A stretch of 64,000 bases of DNA from a virus, in the IMG/VR virus record IMGVR_UViG_3300042448_001253, positions 32,001 through 96,000 of that record; one strand, 5' to 3'. The translations under genes and the position numbers were made by a program. The notes beneath the pieces were generated by a model, which was not told the DNA's origin, ran no database searches, and saw only the letters and a list, made by a program, of their open reading frames with translations. Below are positions 20,016 through 28,694 of this stretch, piece by piece. Position 1 is the stretch's first letter. The number at the start of each line of letters is the position of its first letter.

Positions 20016-21146
20016 CTAAGGGTACATCTTTATAGTTAGGTTGCCATCAGCAATCAGATTGATATTAGGGACTCCCGCAATAGTCTTGGTTGCGTATAGC
20101 GTCCAAGTTCCAGGGTCTACCATTCCGATTGCAGCAAAAGCTTTATCGTAAGAAACGCTAAAGCTGACAACATTAGTAACTGTGTTTACAGTTATTGCAG
20201 ACGGGTCTAGGTCAATAGATTTAGTCCCGCCGTAGTTGCGAAGAGTTACTACGGGGGTCCAACCTACATCGTCAACAAGAGCAGTAACGTTGGCTGTAGT
20301 TCCTGTAGAAGTCCAAGTACCTGCAGTTGCCCCATGAACGTTGATGTCATAGTCAGCGTCAGCAGTTAGATACAAAGGCTTAGCTGTGTAGCGACGAGCA
20401 CGAGGAACGTCAGGGGTAAATACCTTAGCTTTCTTACGAGCGTTGTCAGGGTTTACTGTTTTTAGGAATAAGTCGATAGCGTAGACACCAGTGCGAAGTT
20501 CGTCAATGAACTCCTGGTTGTCTAGGATTGTGTACGATACACCTTGACGAGATACGGAAGTTACACGCTGCGGTAGAGCACAGTCGTCGTCGCCAGACCA
20601 AAGTTTAGCGAACTCCATAGCTAGAGTCCTAGCAGCCATCTTTCCAGCCGCAGGTACAGGAGTTCCGTAGGTGTAAGTAATTTCTGTGTTGCAAGGAGTC
20701 CAAGGAGTGCCAGCAACAACGTGAATGGTCGAGTGGTCTACTAGGTAATAGCTTGAAGGGTCTAGGATAAGACCAGTCTTATTACGCATAGCAATAATCT
20801 TTACGACTGGTCTTCCACGGAGGCGGATACGTGCGTCGGGAGAGAGGCCGTCTGCAACGAGTTCTGAATACTCGTCGTAGTCTCCAGATGGGATGTTATA
20901 AACATCTCCACCAAAAAGTACAGGGGAGTTAGTCTTAGTCGATGGTCCCATGCGGTTGTTTCTAAGCACACAGGTATATCTTTCGGTAACTGTAGTTACG
21001 CCAGTGTATTTACGTCCAGACATTGCCCAGAGCATAAACGACGCAGTCTGAGCCGCCTCGGCAGCGTACTCAGTGTTAGCGTAGTCGCCTAGGTCTTCCG
21101 GCTGGACCCACAAATTATTAGACATAATTCTCCATTGTGAAACCAA
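20016..21146 (-). CDS. Head-to-tail adaptor with C-terminal extension
   Basis: LWAMSGRKYTG...ITYTYGTPVP..GK.AA..LA.E...CALPQRVTSVSRQGVS, an actinophage adaptor pattern. Confidence 0.75.
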   Translation of the reverse strand: MVSQWRIMSNNLWVQPEDLGDYANTEYAAEAAQTASFMLWAMSGRKYTGVTTVTERYTCVLRNNRMGPSTKTNSPVLFGGDVYNIPSGDYDEYSELVADGLSPDARIRLRGRPVVKIIAMRNKTGLILDPSSYYLVDHSTIHVVAGTPWTPCNTEITYTYGTPVPAAGKMAARTLAMEFAKLWSGDDDCALPQRVTSVSRQGVSYTILDNQEFIDELRTGVYAIDLFLKTVNPDNARKKAKVFTPDVPRARRYTAKPLYLTADADYDINVHGATAGTWTSTGTTANVTALVDDVGWTPVVTLRNYGGTKSIDLDPSAITVNTVTNVVSFSVSYDKAFAAIGMVDPGTWTLYATKTIAGVPNINLIADGNLTIKMYP

Positions 21147-21197
21147 GCGGGCGGCACATCCAAGATTATTGGATGCACCGCCCTACTTAGTCAGCTA

Positions 21198-22544
21198 CTA
21201 GATGTCGCTCTGAGAGCCAATTTCGTTAGCGGTGATGATGTTGTCGATTACGTTAGCTGGGTTGTAAGCAACGCTACCAGGAACGTTGAATGAGCTTCCA
21301 GCAACTGCATCGCTGATTGATGTGGTTGCAACTGGGGAAGCTGGGCGAACCTCAGTTACTGAGTTGACCAACTGAACACGTCCAGGAGATACTACGGTTG
21401 TTACTGCCACGTTTGCAGCTGTCTTATTGTATCTGATTCTAGGAAGAGCAGTAGCAGCACCTACAGCAGTCTCAGTTGGAACGTCGGTTCCAACCTTAGG
21501 AACAGTTACTGTAGTAGCGTTTGCTGTAGCAACGGTAACATTAGACACATTCAAAGCTGCTGCGTAGCCAGTGACAGTAATAATGTCGCCGGCCTCTAGA
21601 GCTAGCCCAGTACCTGTGTAAGTAATTACGTTAGAGGTTAGGTTAGCAGTAGCAAAAGCTGAGCTTGCAGGAGACACAGTAGTTACTGTGTAGGTTCCAT
21701 CGAATGACTCACCGATGTTGGTAACAACAATCTGGTCGTTTGTCTGGATGTTAGGGTTAGCACTGAATCTTAGAGTAGCTACGTTGCTTGTAAGAGCAGC
21801 GTTGCTTACAGTGATTGTGCTTGGCTGTAGGGCGTTAGACGCAGTAAATACAACCTGGTCAGTAGCGTTGTCAGTCCAAGTGTAGAATCCGCGTAGACCA
21901 ACTGGTGCCCATGAAGAACGTGCGTAAGCGTATGGACGCTCAGCAGCAACCGGGAATTCCCAGCGTCCGTCGATACCAGATGCGAAGTTCACGTTTCCTA
22001 GACCATAGCCTTCGAATGTGTTAGCCAATAGACCGTTTTCAATAACGCGGTCGCCTGACTGACGGAACTTAGCGTATGGGAATACCCAGTGGAAGTAAGG
22101 AAGAACGCCATTACGCTTTCCACCTGATACTGCGTGAGACCAAGCCTCAACTGCAACACCGTTACCTGCAGGGTCATCGCCTACACCAGGAGCAGCCCAA
22201 CCAACAGACTGGTTGTTAGGGTCAAGTGTAGAGCCAATGTTCTTGCGAAGTAGTAGACCACCTGATAGTAGAGCAGAAAGCTCTGGGTCTGGCTCACAGA
22301 TAGCTAGTTCCATTGTGATTCTTTTTAGAGTGTCCGGGGCTTTGTATGATACACATACAACACCGTTTGCACCCTTTTCGGTGATTTCATCGCCCTCTTC
22401 ATATTCTGGGGTGAATGAAACACGCATGAAGGCCGAGGTAGTGTAGCTGTCCTGCGGACCAGTTAGTAGGTTTCCAGCAGCGTCCAGACGGGTGACACGG
22501 ATTGACACACCTTGGATGCTTGCTGCATAATCTTGAGTAGCCAT
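21198..22544 (-). CDS. Major tail (tube) protein with C-terminal beta-sandwich decoration domains
   Basis: SIQGVSIRVTRLD...YEEGDEITEKGANG..C...APDTLKRITMELAICEPDPEL tube domain, then a Thr/Val/Ala-rich extension. Confidence 0.85.
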   Translation of the reverse strand: MATQDYAASIQGVSIRVTRLDAAGNLLTGPQDSYTTSAFMRVSFTPEYEEGDEITEKGANGVVCVSYKAPDTLKRITMELAICEPDPELSALLSGGLLLRKNIGSTLDPNNQSVGWAAPGVGDDPAGNGVAVEAWSHAVSGGKRNGVLPYFHWVFPYAKFRQSGDRVIENGLLANTFEGYGLGNVNFASGIDGRWEFPVAAERPYAYARSSWAPVGLRGFYTWTDNATDQVVFTASNALQPSTITVSNAALTSNVATLRFSANPNIQTNDQIVVTNIGESFDGTYTVTTVSPASSAFATANLTSNVITYTGTGLALEAGDIITVTGYAAALNVSNVTVATANATTVTVPKVGTDVPTETAVGAATALPRIRYNKTAANVAVTTVVSPGRVQLVNSVTEVRPASPVATTSISDAVAGSSFNVPGSVAYNPANVIDNIITANEIGSQSDI

Positions 22545-22576
22545 TTAGCTATTCTCCTTAGGTTATTAGTTTTGGT

Positions 22577-23458
22577 TTAAGCTGCGGTCAGGTCGACACG
22601 GACAGCAAGGTGTATCGAGGTGTCAAAGAAAACCGCCGCTGGGCGGATTGCCTTCAACCTCATGTCATTCTGGTTTCCACCGACATCATAAGCCTGAGCT
22701 AAGTTGTCGTTTACGACATCAACATCACCAAGGTATACCTTGACAGTGCCGGTTGCGTAAATCCATTTGTTTGTAGCTGTTGGGGTTTGAGAACCGTCAG
22801 TAACGCTGGTCGGTCCTTGACCCGTGTAGCCACTTCCAACGATAACTGGAGTACCACCCATAGTTTGTAGGTGGTCTTTCTCTTTCTCGTGGAAAAGCAT
22901 GTTTGAGTTGCTTGATAGTAGAGCAACAACGTCGCGAGTTGCGTGAATAATACCCTGCTCGCCTGCGTGAGATGCAATAGCGATAGAGTGTTCTAGTAAA
23001 GCCAATGCTCGCTTTGGAGATAGTGCGGTGCCGGAGTTTAGAACAGTTGCCCCGCCAATGAGTGCCTTGTTGTCGTCGCTCTCAGCAATACGAATATCGC
23101 CGTGCCAAAGTTCACGTTCTAAAGCTTTTTGAGTAACGCCTTCAAGTTGACGCTTTAGACGCTCAATTCTGTCTAGTCCTAGAAATCCTAGAGTAGAGCG
23201 TACTTCATCTATCTCAATAAAGAATGGCTTAATCTCGTCATAGTAGTTCACGGTTGCGTTGTTTACTAAGACGTAGCTACTAGTGTCTGTGTCGTCCCAG
23301 TTTGTAAGGGTGTCTACAGTAGTTTCGTACTCTTGAGAGAACCCACGAATCCAACGGTCTTCGTCAGCAGAGTTCTCAGGCTTTACTACAGCGAGTAGGC
23401 CAAAAGCGGAGGGCACAATCTTTGATGCCTCTACAACGCCATTCTTAGGAAAAGCCAT
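22577..23458 (-). CDS. Putative minor capsid/decoration protein
   Basis: 293 aa immediately downstream of the major capsid gene; ALALLE...GIIHA...GGTPVIVGSGY. Confidence 0.5.
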   Translation of the reverse strand: MAFPKNGVVEASKIVPSAFGLLAVVKPENSADEDRWIRGFSQEYETTVDTLTNWDDTDTSSYVLVNNATVNYYDEIKPFFIEIDEVRSTLGFLGLDRIERLKRQLEGVTQKALERELWHGDIRIAESDDNKALIGGATVLNSGTALSPKRALALLEHSIAIASHAGEQGIIHATRDVVALLSSNSNMLFHEKEKDHLQTMGGTPVIVGSGYTGQGPTSVTDGSQTPTATNKWIYATGTVKVYLGDVDVVNDNLAQAYDVGGNQNDMRLKAIRPAAVFFDTSIHLAVRVDLTAA

Positions 23459-23494
23459 TTGAAATCCTTAAATAAATCTAAAGTTTGGGGGGTA

Positions 23495-23522
23495 GGTGGT
23501 GCCCCATTTCTGGAGCACCACC
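23495..23522 (-). terminator. Hairpin after the major capsid gene (terminator or RNA-stability element)
   Basis: GGTGGTGC…GCACCACC inverted repeat, without a strong U tract. Confidence 0.4.
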
Positions 23523-23538
23523 CGCCAAGTTGGAGCTA

Positions 23539-25455
23539 TTAGCTGTTGTAAACAGTTCCTGCTACAGCAGCAGTGGTTGTACCCTTGACTGTGAAGGTCG
23601 AGGTAACCTTTAGAGATTCGATACCAACGAAGGCAACGTTCTCGAAGGTTTCAACGAACATCTTGTAGTCGTTTGTACCAACTAGTGAGCTGTCACGGAT
23701 GATACCTAGGTCTAGAGTACCGCCGTCTAGGAACAGGAAGCTGCCCTCTGCGAATAGGTACCAGTCGAAGGTAGCTGGGAATGCGTTTACTGCACCAGTT
23801 GTCTGAGCTCCGAAGAAGCCTAGGTCTGGTGAGCCAACTAGTGTTACGTTGCTTGCTGCTAGGTAACCCTGGATTTCAGCAGCTGAAACAGAAATTGTTC
23901 CATCTCCTGGAAGAGCCAAAGTTAGGTCTGCTGCCATTGCGTCGTATAGCCACTGTGGAACGATTGCCTTTAGCTGAGTGCTAGCAGCGATACGGTGACG
24001 TGAACGGTAACCAACTGCTGCACGGCGAATCTGTACCAAGAAGTCACGGCCAAGACCGATTGTTGAGGTAGTAGTTACAGCTGTTGAAGCGTTAGTGATT
24101 TTGCTTAGTAGGTTAACCTCTGCCTCACGAGCGTGCTGTACTAGAGCAAGTTCGTTGTGGCGAGCGATTAGCTCTGGGTAAGCACGGGTCATCAGGTTAC
24201 CGAACTGTAGCTGTAGTGTTACAGCGTCAGTTGAAACGGTTTGCTCTGCAGCAGCAGACACAGTCAAGCTGGTCTTGGTGTTGCTGTAAGGAGCAAGGTC
24301 TGTAGCGGCAGTCCATACACCAACTGCGTTTGCGTAAGCACCTGAAGCAAAGCTTGGTGGTGTTACGAAACGGATACCACCACGGTCAGCCTGGAACTTC
24401 GGTAGAAGGTCGCGAACTGGACGCTCAGTGGTTGAGCCGATGTTGTAGATGTCGTACTTGACTTCGAATGGAGCAGCGTGTCCACCAGAAGCAACAAGTG
24501 CATCCTGGCCTACAACTGCGTCAATCTTTGCCTGGTTTGAAAGTGCGTCAGTTGAAAGAACGCGCTCTTCTGGGTACTGGGTTGTGATAGATGCAACGAT
24601 GTGCTGCTCTCCATCTCCTCCGTTTACACGACGTAGAGAGTGAATTCTCTTCTCCATTGCTGACGCAACTTCGGTCATGCTGTTAATAGTTGAGCCAGCT
24701 GTGTATCCAGGGATGTCAGCACCAGCAGTGATTGCCACTGGAGCCTCAGTTACTTGGATAACAGGCTGACGGTCTGCTGGAGCGTTGAAGCTCTCTTCAG
24801 CTGATGCGGTCACAGTTGCCTGCTCTTCCTGCTCGATAGGAGCAATAGTTTCTTGTGGGGTTGATTCAGAAGGTGCTGCATCGGCAACAACTTCTTCTGG
24901 TGCGTTTTCGGTAGATAGCTCTGAGCCATCTCCTTCAATAATTGATGCGGTCTCGGTTTCAGCAGAGTATTCAGAAACAAGTTTCTTCTTCTCTTCTTCG
25001 TCTTCTACCATTCCGGCTTCAGCAATTTCTTCTTCAGTAGGTTCGCCCATTGGAAGTTCTTCCACTGGTGCGTCTTCCATCGGAACTTCTTCAGCAGGAG
25101 CTTCTTCCATTGGAACTTCTTCCATTGGAACTTCTTCTTCTGCCAGAACTTCTGGGTTTTCTGAATTGTCGGTCATTGCCTCTCCATCGGTTTGAACGTC
25201 GCTTTCGCCTTTAACACGTGCGGTTGCCTCAGCTGCCTTGGTAGCTAGCTCTGCAGCTAGAACCTCTCGGCGTGAAAGCTCACCACGGACGGTGTCTAAT
25301 GCGTCAGCAAGTGACGTCATAGCATCAACTGTCTCAGGAGTTGGGTCTTCACCCTCAACCGCTTCAAATTGGCTGATGATAGATGACTGTAGTTCGGCGA
25401 CTTGTTCGTCGGCGAGTTCTGTCAGTGTATCCAGCTGGGATTTGATTTGGTCCAC
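23539..25455 (-). CDS. Major capsid protein with N-terminal scaffold-like region
   Basis: 638 aa. Coiled-coil and acidic (EEVPM repeat) N-terminus; HK97-like C-terminal part (LVASGG..AP.EVKYDI...RPVRDLLP.FQADRGGIRF...LDLGIIRDSSLVGTNDYKMFVETFE). Strong RBS AAGGAGG. Confidence 0.9.
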   Translation of the reverse strand: MDQIKSQLDTLTELADEQVAELQSSIISQFEAVEGEDPTPETVDAMTSLADALDTVRGELSRREVLAAELATKAAEATARVKGESDVQTDGEAMTDNSENPEVLAEEEVPMEEVPMEEAPAEEVPMEDAPVEELPMGEPTEEEIAEAGMVEDEEEKKKLVSEYSAETETASIIEGDGSELSTENAPEEVVADAAPSESTPQETIAPIEQEEQATVTASAEESFNAPADRQPVIQVTEAPVAITAGADIPGYTAGSTINSMTEVASAMEKRIHSLRRVNGGDGEQHIVASITTQYPEERVLSTDALSNQAKIDAVVGQDALVASGGHAAPFEVKYDIYNIGSTTERPVRDLLPKFQADRGGIRFVTPPSFASGAYANAVGVWTAATDLAPYSNTKTSLTVSAAAEQTVSTDAVTLQLQFGNLMTRAYPELIARHNELALVQHAREAEVNLLSKITNASTAVTTTSTIGLGRDFLVQIRRAAVGYRSRHRIAASTQLKAIVPQWLYDAMAADLTLALPGDGTISVSAAEIQGYLAASNVTLVGSPDLGFFGAQTTGAVNAFPATFDWYLFAEGSFLFLDGGTLDLGIIRDSSLVGTNDYKMFVETFENVAFVGIESLKVTSTFTVKGTTTAAVAGTVYNS

Positions 25456-25580
25456 TGTACCTCCTTAGGCCAGTTTGTAGTTATCGGATACCTTTTGGCA
25501 TCCTGGTGAACAGTCAAGGCTGAGGGACTCGAACGAAAACCGCTGAGGCACTCCACCTATCACTAATTTTACCTTACTTT

Positions 25581-28500
25581 TTAGGTAAGGAGTCGGAGCA
25601 GCGTTGCTAAACGAGATGAAATCTCAGATTGGCTGTAGACATCTGCTCCAGCCTTAAAAGCACGCAATTCCGATGTCGCAACATCTGCGTCCTTCTTGCC
25701 AATCTTTCCCTCCACACGAGTAATCATGTCATCCATGAGTTTCTTTAGTGTAGGTGGAAGGTCGCTATACCTAACCTTTTGTGCTTGGTTGGTAAATGGT
25801 AAAGGAAGGTTAGCAATAACGCTTCCAAGCTCTCTCGCACTGTTACGTACGTTTTCTAGACTAGTTGCGTCCAGCGCACCTGAGTCTAGACGGTCAACGA
25901 TTCCGATAAGGTCGCCAGCAGACTTGTTAGCCTCGGCGTAGTTTCCAGCAAACTCCATGTTCTCGGTTGCTTCAACCTTCTTCAGAACTCTCTGAAGACC
26001 AGCAACACCGAGGTCCTGCTTTAGACGAGCAAGAACCTTACGGAACTTACCTCTGTTATCTCTAGGCTGAGTTTTAGCAGTGTACTTCATACGACCAGTC
26101 TCTGGGTCATACATGTCTTCTGCGTTAGTTTTGCCGGCTTCTCTAGCACTAATCATTTCTTGCTCAGCAATGGCTTCTGCTTCTGCATCTTCCTTAGCAG
26201 TTTTGACTTCCTCAAGTACTCGGTCATCTACTTCAATAGGTGCAGGAAGTGCAGCAGTAAGAGATGAGATTCTCTCACGCATAGAAGACAATGCACTCAA
26301 TGCCTCGGCTGACGCAGCGTTCTGCCACTCAGCAGGAATCAGGTGGCGAGCTTTTAGCTGACCAGCACGCTTGATAATGTGCTTACGAACCTTTGCACGG
26401 TCAGATTCTTTTGAACGGCCGTAAGCCTGAATCGCATTGCGAAGGTCTGCAACGCTGCTGATTGGGTAAGAGCCGTTAGGCATTGCCTCACCCTTTTCAG
26501 CAAGTTTCATACGCTCGTCGCGAGGCATGTAGCCGAACTCCATGTCAAGACGCTTAGCTTCAATACGCTCGCTAATGTTTAGTGTCGCAACGCCTGCAGA
26601 TAGTTCTCCAAGCAAACGAGACTTCATGCTTAGCTGACCAGCAATGTCAAGTTTCATCATCGCCATTTCGTAAGCACCAGCAGCAACAAGAGCTACGATT
26701 TCACCAGATGCAACCATCGCACGGGCAATAGGGAAGCCAGGAACGTTTACCTGACATACAGCAACAAGTTCGAGTGAGCCGCCGATTGGTCTCCAGTCAC
26801 CTGAAGGAGCAGACGCACGTAGAGCACGAATCTGAGCTTCAGTAACTTCTGGACGCAGAGCACCAGCTACCCAAATACCGTAGCGGTCTTCTCCAGCGTG
26901 AACGTCTGCGATTGCAGATGCTGTGTCGTCGTAGTGCTTAGCAGCCTGAGCAGCATCGGCACGCAGTGATGCGTGTCCACCAGCAAGAGTAAGCTGACCA
27001 ACAGGCATGTCTTTACCAGTGTCTGTGCGGCAAACGCCTGTGTGAAAGTAAGAGTAGTTGCTACGTGAGCGAGGTGGCTTGGTTGCGTTTGGCATACCAA
27101 TGTGGTTTACGTGCCAAGCAGCAATGTGTCCGTAAACTCTACCGCTGTCGTCAATCATTAGCGGAGTTGCCTTGTCTAGCTTAGGGTTCATAAACCATGT
27201 CTCAGGCGGTGTTACTGGGATTGGGTGGCTGAGGAATCCAGATGCAGTTAGAGCGTTTACGTTAGGCTCTACCCCGCCATCAATAGACTCTTCGTAAATT
27301 CCATCTTTAGGAATCATTTGTTCCTCCTCGACTGGGTCTGGCCCGTCAATAATTGTGATAACGCATTCTTGGAACGCCGGCTTTGGAACAATGGTGATTC
27401 CCATTACTCGTGCACGGCTAATTGTTAGTTTGTTCTTGCCTAGTTCGTCGGAGTCTTTAGCTCCGTTTTCGGTGTCTTTGTCTTCCTTGGCCTCAAACTT
27501 GTCTAGGTCAGCAGATACGCCACGAAGGAACCCGTTGCGTACTAGACGCTCAGCTTCTTTACCGTAAGGACCGTTATCAAAAACACCCTGAGCGTTTCCG
27601 ATACCGCCTTCCATTCTCTCCATAGAATCAATGCGACCAACGACTACAGAACCTGAGTGCCCATCGCCAGTTTTGTACTGCCACATAAGTGGTAGCGGAA
27701 GTTCTCTAATCTCGACTGATTCTGGCTTGAACTTACGTCCATCGCCTGACTCCATATCCTCAGGTAGAACTAGTGGAATAGAGAATCTAGCTCCGTAGCC
27801 TGTGCTAGTTCCGACAGCTGGGTCTCCAGCAGCGGTTAGTGCAAATCTAGATTTTAGTTCGTTAGTCTTGGCATTTAGAACCGCTATTTCCATTACCTTG
27901 TCTGAAAACGCTTCGTTCATTGCAGCCTCGTTGCCAGGGTTGAATCTGCTACCTGTGTAAACACCAGTAGCTTCCTTGTGGCGTAGCTGGCAGTAGCCCT
28001 TAGCACGAGGACCCATGTACTTTGAAAGTTGACGGACGCAACGAGTCCAGTCGCCTGGAGTTCCCCAACGGATTTTAGCCGCACCCTTACCCTTGGTCCA
28101 GTAGCGGCGTAGCTCTTCAGCGTTGCCACGGTTGCGGTCAAAGCCGCCGGCAGCCTGGATAGAGAAATCTTCTAGTAATCCTTCTGCTTCAAGGAATTCG
28201 TAGTCTTCTGCACTAAGTTCCTCGAAAGGAGAAAACTCTGGAAGTTCAAGCGGGGAGTCGCTAAGCAGAGATGCAATGATTGCTCCAGAAGCAGTTACCT
28301 CGGTAAGACCATCTACCTGCTGCAAAACATCGTTCAATACTGTGTCATCTAGTGGGACAACTGGAGGTGGGGTAGCAGACTTTAGGTCTCTAACGATTTG
28401 CTCGTCAGGAATCCATTGCTGGTCTTTACGCTTGTAAGCCATAGGGTCAGTTGAAGTAGCGTCTTTAGGAACAAGAGCAACTAGGTCCATAACAGCGTTA

Positions 28501-28628
28501 GGGTCGTCTGGCGAGACGACAGCAAAGTACATAGGAGGCACGTCAGTAGTCTCAGGAGTCATTGGCTTCGCCTCCTGGGTAGGGGCGGTTGCAGTTGCCT
28601 GTGATACAGGTTTTACTTCATCTGCCAT
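25581..28628 (-). CDS. Multidomain capsid maturation protease
   Basis: 1015 aa. HK97/assemblin-like core (LPLPLMWQ...HSGSVVVGRID...GVSADLD...TIVPKPAF) plus YWTKGKGAAKIRWG, GRVYGHIAAW and EAMPNGSYPI accessory domains. Confidence 0.8.
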   Translation of the reverse strand: MADEVKPVSQATATAPTQEAKPMTPETTDVPPMYFAVVSPDDPNAVMDLVALVPKDATSTDPMAYKRKDQQWIPDEQIVRDLKSATPPPVVPLDDTVLNDVLQQVDGLTEVTASGAIIASLLSDSPLELPEFSPFEELSAEDYEFLEAEGLLEDFSIQAAGGFDRNRGNAEELRRYWTKGKGAAKIRWGTPGDWTRCVRQLSKYMGPRAKGYCQLRHKEATGVYTGSRFNPGNEAAMNEAFSDKVMEIAVLNAKTNELKSRFALTAAGDPAVGTSTGYGARFSIPLVLPEDMESGDGRKFKPESVEIRELPLPLMWQYKTGDGHSGSVVVGRIDSMERMEGGIGNAQGVFDNGPYGKEAERLVRNGFLRGVSADLDKFEAKEDKDTENGAKDSDELGKNKLTISRARVMGITIVPKPAFQECVITIIDGPDPVEEEQMIPKDGIYEESIDGGVEPNVNALTASGFLSHPIPVTPPETWFMNPKLDKATPLMIDDSGRVYGHIAAWHVNHIGMPNATKPPRSRSNYSYFHTGVCRTDTGKDMPVGQLTLAGGHASLRADAAQAAKHYDDTASAIADVHAGEDRYGIWVAGALRPEVTEAQIRALRASAPSGDWRPIGGSLELVAVCQVNVPGFPIARAMVASGEIVALVAAGAYEMAMMKLDIAGQLSMKSRLLGELSAGVATLNISERIEAKRLDMEFGYMPRDERMKLAEKGEAMPNGSYPISSVADLRNAIQAYGRSKESDRAKVRKHIIKRAGQLKARHLIPAEWQNAASAEALSALSSMRERISSLTAALPAPIEVDDRVLEEVKTAKEDAEAEAIAEQEMISAREAGKTNAEDMYDPETGRMKYTAKTQPRDNRGKFRKVLARLKQDLGVAGLQRVLKKVEATENMEFAGNYAEANKSAGDLIGIVDRLDSGALDATSLENVRNSARELGSVIANLPLPFTNQAQKVRYSDLPPTLKKLMDDMITRVEGKIGKKDADVATSELRAFKAGADVYSQSEISSRLATLLRLLT

Positions 28629-28694
28629 GCTATGCCTTTACTTTAAATCTCTATTTATTAGTATACTTTGGATTGAAACAGGCTATTTTGGTGC

